Shown: positions 29,216-36,896, numbered from the stretch's first letter. The stretch: DNA of 64,000 nucleotides from an uncultured Eubacteriales bacterium (GCA_934446475.1 CAKSEH010000009.1:10353-74352); one strand, 5' to 3'. Notes: generated by a model from the sequence alone, not told the origin. Translations and numbers: made by a program.

Positions 29216-30483
29216 AGGTCCCAATTTTTGAACTCCCCTTAAACGGAGTCGAAAAGTTGGGACCTTCATATTTTATCAATGCTTATTAAACTCCGTTTCT
29301 ATTTGAAACGGAGTTTTTATGTTTAATTTTCTATGGGGACGTTCCTCGTTATAAAAGTGCAAGTATTCCTCCATTACTAATTTTAACTCCTCGGGGGAAG
29401 AATATAGATTGTGATATATAGCTTCTTTTTTCAACGAGTGGAAAAACGCCTCGCAAACAGAATTGTCGTATGGTTTGCCCGGAGTTGAAAAAGATTGTTT
29501 CACCTTTTTACTTTTTAGATATTGCCGGAAAGCAAACGAGGTATATTGCACCCCCTGATCACTGTGAAACATTAAGCTTTTGGGTTTCCCTCGTTTTTTA
29601 AAGGCTTCTTCAAAGGTTTTCATTGTAAGCGTGGTATCCATTACATCGGATATCCCGTAAGAAATCGCTATTCTTGAAAATAAATCAAGAATTATACAAA
29701 CATAAAAGTATTCGTTTCCAACTTTTACATATGTAATATCAGAAACCCAAACTTGATTTGGTCGGCTTTGTTCGAATTCGCGCATTAAATAATTTTTGAA
29801 ATAATAACGTGGAATTGGCTTTTTGTGTTCAGCCATATATTTTGGCTTTTCAACCTCTAAGCCCATTTCTTGCATTAATCGGCAAACCCGTTTTTCGCTT
29901 ACCTGATATCCCATTTCTTTTAATTTGTATTGTATTGGCTTTCGACCAAAACGCTTTTTACTATCAAAAAATACCTGTTTGATTATGGGTTTTAAGAATT
30001 CATCTTCTTTATCGTGTTGGGTCAGCATTTTTTCGCAGCGTTTTCTGTTGTAATATGTACCACGTGGAAGGTTTAACGCCTCGCATAATACGTGTATAGA
30101 ATACTGACCTTCCAGTTCTTTGATGGCCGACATCTTTTCATCAATGGATGCATTCACACCGCATGAAGCTTTACGCACCACTTCCAACATATATTCTGTT
30201 TTCTTTAAATGTGCTTGTGACTGACGAAAATTTTTATATTTTGAACTGCCATTGATAATAAGATCGTGTTCCTTGCTGTAAAGTTTCCTCCAATCAAACA
30301 ACGAGGTTTGAGAAATTCCAAATTCTTGTATTGTTTCTTCAATTATGTGATTTCTTTCATAAAACTTTACAACCGTCTCCTTGAATTTTTGCGTATAAAT
30401 TTTAGGTGACATAAAAACTCTCCTTTTGATATAGTCTAAATATAATTATATCAAAAAACAGGTGCAGCTGAAAAGTTGCACCT
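29216..30483 (-). mobile_element. IS3-family insertion sequence (boundaries approximate)
   Basis: A single transposase ORF flanked by imperfect terminal inverted repeats (aggtcccaatttt at 29216 versus the reverse complement of aaaagttgcacct at 30471-30483). It starts 7 bp after the tRNA 3' end. I could not recognise a clear target-site duplication. Confidence 0.55.
29276..30412 (-). CDS. IS3-family transposase (HTH + DDE/rve integrase core, fused single ORF)
   Basis: 378 aa with an N-terminal HTH (ETIQEFGISQTSLFDWRK), then PNQVWVSDITYV...FHSDQGVQYTS...PYDNSVCEAFF...YNEERPH, the typical rve domain pattern. Confidence 0.88.
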   Translation of the reverse strand: MSPKIYTQKFKETVVKFYERNHIIEETIQEFGISQTSLFDWRKLYSKEHDLIINGSSKYKNFRQSQAHLKKTEYMLEVVRKASCGVNASIDEKMSAIKELEGQYSIHVLCEALNLPRGTYYNRKRCEKMLTQHDKEDEFLKPIIKQVFFDSKKRFGRKPIQYKLKEMGYQVSEKRVCRLMQEMGLEVEKPKYMAEHKKPIPRYYFKNYLMREFEQSRPNQVWVSDITYVKVGNEYFYVCIILDLFSRIAISYGISDVMDTTLTMKTFEEAFKKRGKPKSLMFHSDQGVQYTSFAFRQYLKSKKVKQSFSTPGKPYDNSVCEAFFHSLKKEAIYHNLYSSPEELKLVMEEYLHFYNEERPHRKLNIKTPFQIETEFNKH

Positions 30484-30500
30484 GTTAGTAAAATGTTGTA

Positions 30501-30791
30501 TTACCACTCAATCCATTTCATATTTGATTCTGCTTCCCAAAAAGACTTTCCTTCAATTATGGAATCATTTAAAAGTTTTTCCATACATTCATTTTGTGTA
30601 TTACCTTCACATCTGTAAACAGTATCAACATAATGGTCGTTTTCATCCCACAAATGAATTTCGAAAGAATAAACTTTTTCATTAGGGTTATATATTAAAC
30701 CGTGGAAAAAGTATTTTTTTCCGTTATAAATAACGGCTTCTTCTTGAAATGTTATTTTATCAATGAATTCTGACACATTTCCGTCTATCAT
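30501..30791 (-). CDS. Hypothetical small acidic protein (immunity-protein-like; speculative)
   Basis: 96 aa; ATGA start/stop overlap with the upstream ORF; no motif I recognise. Confidence 0.5.
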   Translation of the reverse strand: MIDGNVSEFIDKITFQEEAVIYNGKKYFFHGLIYNPNEKVYSFEIHLWDENDHYVDTVYRCEGNTQNECMEKLLNDSIIEGKSFWEAESNMKWIEW

Positions 30792-31162
30792 ATTAAAATC
30801 CCCCTAAAAAACTTTTTGTACTTTTTGTATTCTTTCTCTGTTAAAGGTCTGGCTTTGCGGTTAGAAAAATCATCCGGCTTATATTCGTGGACGTGCAATA
30901 CGGGCTTTCGTGAAGGGTCAATGCTCATTTCGGGATGATAGGCGATTTCAAACCGAAGGAAATGGTTTTTATCATATTCTCGATACATTTTGAATTTTCC
31001 GTCCGGATGCAATTGAATATAAGCTGTGCTGGAATGTGCTTCTTCGGGAAGGGCTTTTCGTCCGGGTTTTCCTTGCAAAACCTTTACACCTTTAATTTTA
31101 TCTACGGTATCATAGGTATATGCCACATTATTACCACTTGCAAAAGTTCCTCTTCCGCCCAT
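30788..31162 (-). CDS. Hypothetical protein (possible toxin-like partner of the 96-aa ORF; speculative)
   Basis: I place the start at MGGRGTFASGNN (ATG 31162), 1 nt after the stop of the upstream gene. Contains the motif HVHEY. Function unknown. Confidence 0.5.
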   Translation of the reverse strand: MGGRGTFASGNNVAYTYDTVDKIKGVKVLQGKPGRKALPEEAHSSTAYIQLHPDGKFKMYREYDKNHFLRFEIAYHPEMSIDPSRKPVLHVHEYKPDDFSNRKARPLTEKEYKKYKKFFRGILI

Positions 31163-31163
31163 A

Positions 31164-31787
31164 TCAGCGCACCACCTTTCGTGACGCCATATAATCAATA
31201 GTAATTATATTTCCTTGCATTTGAGGAAAGGGTGTACCAAAACATATTACCTTCGATGGTTGAATTCTTTTAAGCATTTCATTATAGCCGCGCAAAAATT
31301 GAAATTTTGCTTTTTTACACCCTACCATCCCTATGGCTACAATACTGCCTTGCTCAACACCGTCAAAGCAAAATTCAAAACTGCGAGCATCGCTCCAACT
31401 AACTGTTGGTATAACAGTTATCCCTTTGCTTTGCCAATAAGCGCCTACCCAACGGTTTTTTGCAACGCTTTCAAGTTGACGCCAAAAATCCATATCCGCA
31501 TATGTAGAAAAGTCGGGTGAAAGCAAAAAAGCATACTGTGAATATCTTTTGAAGGTTCTTTCGGGATTATCATAAATCCCGTTAAAGCGATAATCATCAA
31601 CGAAAAAATGTACGCCTTTTTTCTTGTTTTCTTCTTTGTCGTTTGTCCGCGTGTCGGAACATGCTACTAACATAATATCGTTGGTAGAAAGTTCTTGTTT
31701 TCGGATAATGGGGATCCCCCACTTACCGCCAGAATTAAAATTGTTACGTATGAATAGAGGGTTGTCCCTCATAGCTTTACTGGTCAT
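31164..31787 (-). CDS. DUF4417-like protein (phage-associated family; assignment from memory)
   Basis: The segment GVHFFVDDYRFNGIYDNPE...LLSPDFSTYADM...NRWVGAYWQSKGITVIPTVSW matches my recollection of DUF4417. I place the start at MTSKAMRDN, 1 nt after the stop of the upstream ORF. Confidence 0.55.
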   Translation of the reverse strand: MTSKAMRDNPLFIRNNFNSGGKWGIPIIRKQELSTNDIMLVACSDTRTNDKEENKKKGVHFFVDDYRFNGIYDNPERTFKRYSQYAFLLSPDFSTYADMDFWRQLESVAKNRWVGAYWQSKGITVIPTVSWSDARSFEFCFDGVEQGSIVAIGMVGCKKAKFQFLRGYNEMLKRIQPSKVICFGTPFPQMQGNIITIDYMASRKVVR

Positions 31788-31788
31788 A

Positions 31789-31998
31789 TTATGACACCTC
31801 CGTAGAATTATTTGTTTTTTGCATAATATTTTCGCAGCAGAAAGTGGCACATTTTGTGCGATTTCTGTTGCATTTTTCTCCGGAATGTGCTAATATGTAT
31901 TTACCAAGATACGAATGGCAACATTCGGAGAGAGGCATTGTATTGATTGCGCCAACAATCTTTACAGTGCTTTTTCTTTTTGTTTTACTTACAAGCAA
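31789..31998 (-). CDS. Small Cys-rich hypothetical protein
   Basis: 69 aa with 7 Cys (CCHSY...EKCNRNRTKCATFCC), tightly packed in the same co-directional gene string. Confidence 0.35.
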   Translation of the reverse strand: MLVSKTKRKSTVKIVGAINTMPLSECCHSYLGKYILAHSGEKCNRNRTKCATFCCENIMQKTNNSTEVS

Positions 31999-32021
31999 TT
32001 CACATCACCACCTTTATTTTA

Positions 32022-32545
32022 TTAGTATTTCAATCGTTTTTCAGCAGCCGCTTTAGAAACGCCGAAATTTTTCATAAGTTCTTTTGCTGACATTCCATTA
32101 GATGCTTCATAAGGCATCATGACCTCCCCGGCAAGTGCCATAACAATCCATTCAAGCCTTCTATAACAAGGAGTTTCTTTTGTTAGCCTTCTTGAAAAAA
32201 TAGGTTTAAACCCTATTTTGTCAGCGAATGGATGCATTATTTCGTGCATTATATGCATACGGTGACCGCCGGTCTTTTTTTATATGCGCCCATATAAACA
32301 GATTCTTTAATCTGTATGAGGTAACCGTCTTCTGTTCTTTCACATTGAGCCGGAACATTGCCAGGCAATACATCATTGTATACTATTTCATACCTAACAT
32401 CCTCGAAACCTTCCAACTCGGGTAATCTGTCAAGTAATACAATAGGATCAATGGACTCATCATTGGTGAATCCACAAATAGAACGAAACAATTTTGCCCA
32501 AAGGCGCAATTCATTTCTGCTTGTGGCTCTGGTTTCGTAATCCAT
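32022..32545 (-). pseudogene. ImmA/IrrE-family metallopeptidase split by a frameshift at an A7 run
   Basis: The two track ORFs (32249..32548 and 32022..32258) are the N- and C-terminal parts. The downstream part carries HEIMH (HExxH). Adding one A to the A7 tract (T7 on + at 32275-32281) yields the continuous sequence ...GAYKKKTGGHRMHIMHEIMHP... Confidence 0.7.
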
Positions 32546-32907
32546 CAATTATCCTCCTTATCAAGAAGTTTAATGATGGCTGCAGCGGTATCCTCATCGA
32601 GTTTTTCAAAAGAACGCTGAAACTGAACCGCCAGTCTGCGCTGGGTGTTGGTGGTAGATACCAAATTGATTTTAACTTGCGTTTTTGACTGTTCGACCGC
32701 TTCGAACAACTCTGCTTGTTCTTCTGCATTCAGATTATAATGCGCAATGAGAATGGGAATCCATTCTTCAGGAACATTTCTTTTTCCGCTTTCTACCGTA
32801 GATACAAAAGGAAGTTTAACGTCAAGCAGCTTTGCAGTATCCCCCATAACCTCGTGGTTTTTTACGCGCTGAATTCTCATAAATTCGCCAAATTTTGTGT
32901 AACTCAT
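32545..32907 (-). CDS. XRE-family HTH transcriptional regulator (ImmR-like partner of ImmA)
   Basis: MSYTKFGEFMRIQRVKNHEVMGDTAKLLDVKLPFVSTVESGKRNVP. AAAGGAG lies 7 nt before ATG 32907. The stop overlaps the ImmA start (TGATG). Confidence 0.8.
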   Translation of the reverse strand: MSYTKFGEFMRIQRVKNHEVMGDTAKLLDVKLPFVSTVESGKRNVPEEWIPILIAHYNLNAEEQAELFEAVEQSKTQVKINLVSTTNTQRRLAVQFQRSFEKLDEDTAAAIIKLLDKEDN

Positions 32908-33141
32908 ATCGCCACTCCTTTCTATCACGAAAATAATTATATCATCAGTTATGCAAATTGTCAATAACTAATTTAATCATTTTCTGGTTAATGAAACAAG
33001 GCTTTTATTTTTGAGTTTCATCTTTTTCGGTGCTACGAGACATAAAAGCATTCCGCACGGGGTGCTTTTTCTTTATGCCGTTTTTCGACCGTTTTCGACT
33101 GAGGGATATGAGCCCACGGGTAAATAATTCGAATGGTGAAA

Positions 33142-33171
33142 CGGTAGTGAATGACAGTCCGGGGGACTGTC
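33142..33171. repeat. Third (inverted, partial) copy of the GC-rich repeat core seen at 39601 and 40111
   Basis: cggtagtgaatgacagtccgggggactgtc is the exact reverse complement of 39601..39630. Confidence 0.9.
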
Positions 33172-33221
33172 ATTTAAGCAGTGCTACCCCTACATAAGGA
33201 GAGCTTTATAAGTCCTCATTT

Positions 33222-33493
33222 AGGCAATACAATCAGGGTACAACGCTTCCCATAGCGGAAAATTTGTCCGTTTATATTGTCTCGTCATTTAAAATACGCC
33301 GGTATTCCCGCATTCCTCGACTTCATAAGCGGAAAAATTTTCTCGCTATGGGTCGAAGATTTTGTAAGAAAATGGCACCGTTAAGCGGCGAGGCGCCCGA
33401 CCGAAGAATACTGACGTATTGTGAGTGGAAAGCAACAATGCCGATAACGGCGCCATTTCTTCAAAAAAGCATTGTACCTTGACTGTATTGTCT
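33222..33493. repeat. Roughly 270-bp structured intergenic element bounded by 20-bp imperfect inverted repeats
   Basis: aggcaatacaatcagggtac (33222-33241) versus gtaccttgactgtattgtct (33474-33493), 17/20 complementary. Internal pairings include cccatagcg/cgctatggg and aatggcaccgtta/taacggcgccatt. Confidence 0.5.
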
Positions 33494-33550
33494 AAGCAAT
33501 ACAAAAAATAAAACAGGAGATATAAAACTTGCGTTTTACATCCCCTTAGT

Positions 33551-34009
33551 TCATTTTATTACAGTATGCTTTATTTTCGAAAGCAGCGGGTAAAGCTTAC
33601 ATTTCCAAACAAATCTTGCAGGATAAAAAAGTCTCATAAAAAAAACATATATCTTATATTTAAAGCTCGTTTCAGGATCGCAATATTTACCGTTTCTGTA
33701 AAAGGCTTTCATTACACCGACAATTTGCTTGTCCGTTATACCATATTCTTTTCGATATGTATTATCGCCTCTTATGATATATTTGCCGTCCCGTGTTATT
33801 TTAATAATTCTGTGCAGAACAAGCTTATCCCTTGCCGGCACATCATAAGCAACAACATCGTGCTTTTTAAGAGGCCTGTCAACCTTTTTTATTATAACTA
33901 CATCCCTGTGCTGCCTGAGCATCGGGCGCATACTGACGCCTTCTGTAAGCACCGGAGCTTCATCAGATATTTCAAGGCAATGCGCCACATCCATTTTACT
34001 TTCAGGCAT
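33551..34009 (-). CDS. S24/S26-family serine peptidase (signal-peptidase-like; candidate leader peptidase)
   Basis: 152 aa with the GVSMRPML nucleophile motif, LVLHRIIKI and RGDNT, plus a hydrophobic C-terminal tail. TAATG overlap with the PqqD-like gene. Confidence 0.65.
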   Translation of the reverse strand: MPESKMDVAHCLEISDEAPVLTEGVSMRPMLRQHRDVVIIKKVDRPLKKHDVVAYDVPARDKLVLHRIIKITRDGKYIIRGDNTYRKEYGITDKQIVGVMKAFYRNGKYCDPETSFKYKIYVFFMRLFYPARFVWKCKLYPLLSKIKHTVIK

Positions 34010-34275
34010 TACTCAACAATACCTTTGCTTAGAAGCCTTGCTGTGAATTCTTTTACAGTTTCCCTTATTTCATTTTCGGGTGTATCGGCATAATCTTTTT
34101 TCATAGCTTCAACTATTTCATCCTCGGTAACATCATTTTTCAGCATACCGAAAATATACGCTCCGACATCATTCATTTTAATAAAACCTCTGAAATTTTC
34201 AAGGCTATCCCCTACCGGAATCGCAACCTGTTTATCTGCAACCGTATTTATAACAAAATTATATTTAAGTTTCAT
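34009..34275 (-). CDS. PqqD-family peptide chaperone (RRE-type)
   Basis: 88 aa. The pattern ...VADKQVAIPVGD...IKMNDVGAYIFGMLKNDVTEDEIVEAMKKDY...EIRETVKEFTARLLSKGIV matches stand-alone PqqD-like proteins. Confidence 0.65.
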   Translation of the reverse strand: MKLKYNFVINTVADKQVAIPVGDSLENFRGFIKMNDVGAYIFGMLKNDVTEDEIVEAMKKDYADTPENEIRETVKEFTARLLSKGIVE

Positions 34276-34396
34276 CTTGTTTGACTCCTCATCATTTTAA
34301 AAATCAGAATGTTAACACAATATTCTACACTCATTATAATGGCTTTTGGTCACAAATTTTCTTTGAAAATTTGTCAATGTCCATTGCAATGAATAT

Positions 34397-34477
34397 GGTC
34401 AAAATTAAATTTGTGGAAATTTAATTTTGACCAGGCCGATAAAATCGGCCTGTCGAAACAATTTTTGGTGTTTCGAC
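34397..34477 (-). other. Three back-to-back perfect hairpins between the HprK-like and PqqD-like genes
   Basis: 14-bp stem ggtcaaaattaaat/atttaattttgacc (34397-34432), 7-bp stem aggccga/tcggcct (34433-34451) and 9-bp stem gtcgaaaca/tgtttcgac (34452-34477). No U-tracts. Confidence 0.6.
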
Positions 34478-34513
34478 ATTCTATAATCATTATAAAACAT
34501 TCGGGATACAAAA

Positions 34514-35239
34514 TCAATTAAAAATTGTATCATAGGCCACTCTTGCCGCCTCAGGTTCCATATTGCAATGGATTATCCAGAGGTTGCAGGAGGTGAGCAG
34601 GCGGTCTATCAAGGCTATTGTGTTTGCCGCAGCAAGCGGATCGCTCGGCATATAGACCTGATTGAGAATTCTGTCTACAGCGTCTTTTTGATCAATTTTT
34701 TCAACATAGTTTTTTTCACTGCGCTCTATAAAGCAGATATGCTTAAGCGGAGTTCTCATATTGCAACCGTAGCTTTCTTTGCCGTTCCACGGGGTGCCAT
34801 AAGCATAAGGCGTTTCGGGCTCGTCATCAAAAAATCTGATAATAGGTTTATCACCGTTAACGATAGTCATTTTATTGCCTAAAAGCTGTTGCCAAAGGCG
34901 CATATGGGTTGTTTTTCCGGTTCCGCTCTGTGCTGCAAAGGCAACTCCTTCACCCTGTACATCTATACATACGGAATGAAGGACAAAAGCATTAAAGGCA
35001 GGTATAATATTGCTTAATTTGCGAAAGTTTGCAGCAATTTTAAAAGTTGACGGGTATATCTTCTCTATCTGATCCCCATATGTTTGTTCCTCATATAAAA
35101 CTTCTTCATCTGTGACCTTTAAAGTAATATCCGCACTATCAAAATCACTAAGATAATCACGCATAACCCTATTAAAATTTTTCATATCTGTCTCAAAGGA
35201 AATATTAAACCCTGCTATTTTACATTTAACAATATTCAT
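34514..35239 (-). CDS. P-loop protein, HprK-related kinase-like (tentative)
   Basis: 241 aa with Walker A QSGTGKTT in the context GVAFAAQSGTGKTTHMRLW. Its size and its position next to the rSAM and PqqD-like genes resemble the HprK-like kinases of RiPP loci. Confidence 0.45.
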   Translation of the reverse strand: MNIVKCKIAGFNISFETDMKNFNRVMRDYLSDFDSADITLKVTDEEVLYEEQTYGDQIEKIYPSTFKIAANFRKLSNIIPAFNAFVLHSVCIDVQGEGVAFAAQSGTGKTTHMRLWQQLLGNKMTIVNGDKPIIRFFDDEPETPYAYGTPWNGKESYGCNMRTPLKHICFIERSEKNYVEKIDQKDAVDRILNQVYMPSDPLAAANTIALIDRLLTSCNLWIIHCNMEPEAARVAYDTIFN

Positions 35240-35253
35240 AAACTATCCTGCCG

Positions 35254-36633
35254 TTAAAAGTTGTTTTTTTCTTTTTCAAGTCTTAAAAATTCGTTGTAAA
35301 TGTTTCTTAATTTTGCATTCATTCGATTAATTATTGCCATTTTATCTGCCTCATCGCAATGATTCGGTACTCCCGTGCAACACTTAAGCGACATACACAT
35401 AGAACGCATTTCGCAATCTTCACATACAGAGGCAATATTTCTGCGTTCTTTATACTTTTGAATTTTTGCGTAATCAATTTCGTCACTATAAATACTGCCG
35501 TAAAAATCGCTGTCAACAAAATGCTCGCACTTGCCTAAATGACCGTCCGGCACTATCATAACAGAATTATCACTGCATGCCATACAAGTATTCGGAGAAG
35601 CAAAAGCTTTCGGGAGATTCTTAATAGGCACCGGCGGCATATTTTCATCAATAAAATTTTGAAGTTTAACGGAATTCTCAATAAGCCTATGGCGGTCTGC
35701 AACATCACGGTTCTTTATTTTTGAACAAGTATCCTCAAACAGGCGCACAACATAAATATGGCAGTTTGAATATTCCTTAAATCTATTTACCAATAACTTC
35801 GAGAGCTGAAAAAGGTCCTCGGCATTGTGCTCGTCCATATTAAGCCTTACACTTACCTGAATTCCTGCCGCAAGTGCATTTTCTATATTATTTAAAACCC
35901 TTTTAAAGGGACTTGGATCATTCTTATAAACATAATTTTTTGTTTTATTATATATTTCTTCTGTGCCGTCAAGAGTTATTTGCATCATATCAAGTTTCCA
36001 TAAATCAACGGCTTTTTTGATTACTTCATCGTCAAGTAAATATCCGTTTGTTACCATTTTCGAAGAAAAAATAATGTTTTTTGCAGCTAAATCACTTGAT
36101 ATTATATCAATAACTTTCATATTTACAAGCGGTTCTCCGCCAAACCACTGAATTCTTATCTTATTTGCGCCCTTTTTATCAATAAAATCAGCTACATCGT
36201 GCGCCGTATTCTCAGTCATATTAGAAATCTTTGCGCCCTGCTCGAAGCAATAAAAGCATCTGGCATTACAGCCGGTTGTTGTGAGAATAACAAAATGTGA
36301 AAGCGGCGGATTTGTATAGATATTCTGAATTGCAAGCCGAGCTTCTATCAGATCGGATGCAAACTTTTTATCATTAAAATCTTCAGGAACCAAAAAATAG
36401 CTTTCAATAAGATAACGAATGTCCTGATTGGATAAATCAGGGTGTTTAAGTTGCTTAATTTCATCCGATGTAAGAAATATCAACTCATAAGTAACTGTAT
36501 TTACGAGCAAAACTCCGCCCTCAACCGGGCATTGACTTAGATAAAATGATTTTCTGTAGCCTTTATTCTCATCGATTTTTTGTTTGTCTAAAATTTGTTT
36601 TACGATATTTGTTTGTTCGTAAATAAGTTTCAT
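35254..36633 (-). CDS. Radical SAM/SPASM-domain peptide-modifying enzyme with an N-terminal extension
   Basis: CNARCFYC (CxxxCxxC) at about aa 125-133. Cys-rich C-terminus: CMACSDNSVMIVPDGHLGKCEHF...CEDCEMRSMCMSLKCCTGVPNHC. I prefer the ATG at 36633 (MKLIYEQ) over the track's TTG at 36645. Confidence 0.85.
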   Translation of the reverse strand: MKLIYEQTNIVKQILDKQKIDENKGYRKSFYLSQCPVEGGVLLVNTVTYELIFLTSDEIKQLKHPDLSNQDIRYLIESYFLVPEDFNDKKFASDLIEARLAIQNIYTNPPLSHFVILTTTGCNARCFYCFEQGAKISNMTENTAHDVADFIDKKGANKIRIQWFGGEPLVNMKVIDIISSDLAAKNIIFSSKMVTNGYLLDDEVIKKAVDLWKLDMMQITLDGTEEIYNKTKNYVYKNDPSPFKRVLNNIENALAAGIQVSVRLNMDEHNAEDLFQLSKLLVNRFKEYSNCHIYVVRLFEDTCSKIKNRDVADRHRLIENSVKLQNFIDENMPPVPIKNLPKAFASPNTCMACSDNSVMIVPDGHLGKCEHFVDSDFYGSIYSDEIDYAKIQKYKERRNIASVCEDCEMRSMCMSLKCCTGVPNHCDEADKMAIINRMNAKLRNIYNEFLRLEKEKNNF

Positions 36634-36733
36634 AGTTTTCACCAAGCATTATATATTATAAGGTGTTATAAAAACATCTGCTATTTCAAAATTCGAATAT
36701 AAAATCAATATTAAAAAATGCAACAACTAAGGC

Positions 36734-36770
36734 AAAAGCCCCGCAAAAAACGGGGCTTTCATTTTTTAAA
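36734..36770 (-). terminator. GC hairpin with U-run between the precursor ORF and the rSAM gene (attenuator-type terminator)
   Basis: On the minus strand: aaagccccg ttttttg cggggcttt tgcc. It begins about 10 nt after the precursor stop. Confidence 0.6.
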
Positions 36771-36779
36771 ACCATTGAA

Positions 36780-36896
36780 TTAATAGCGACCAGCCATCTG
36801 ATCCAAATCACTCGGGCACTGAAAATCACAACACTCTTCACCCGAAACTGTAACAACATCGTTCTTTAACTCAACGATCTCTAAATATGCCTTCAT
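36780..36896 (-). CDS. Candidate RiPP precursor peptide (38 aa)
   Basis: Below the track cutoff; hand-translated as ATG AAG GCA TAT ... CGC TAT TAA = MKAYLEIVELKNDVVTVSGEECCDFQCPSDLDQMAGRY. AGGTG lies 6 nt upstream of the ATG. The ORF sits directly upstream of the rSAM/SPASM gene on the same strand. Confidence 0.6.
   Translation of the reverse strand: MKAYLEIVELKNDVVTVSGEECCDFQCPSDLDQMAGRY

Noticed and set aside
29210-33550. Search for a direct repeat of the tRNA-fMet 3' end (attR) delimiting an integrated element
   Set aside because: Scanning by eye, I found no copy of ggttcaagtccagcccccgcaacca or its last 12-15 nt. The island boundary therefore remains undefined, and I did not call att sites.
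33566-34093. 175-aa plus-strand ORF across the peptidase and PqqD-like genes
   Set aside because: It is antisense to two translationally coupled minus-strand genes with recognisable motifs. The translation is a low-complexity Phe/Ile/Asn-rich sequence.
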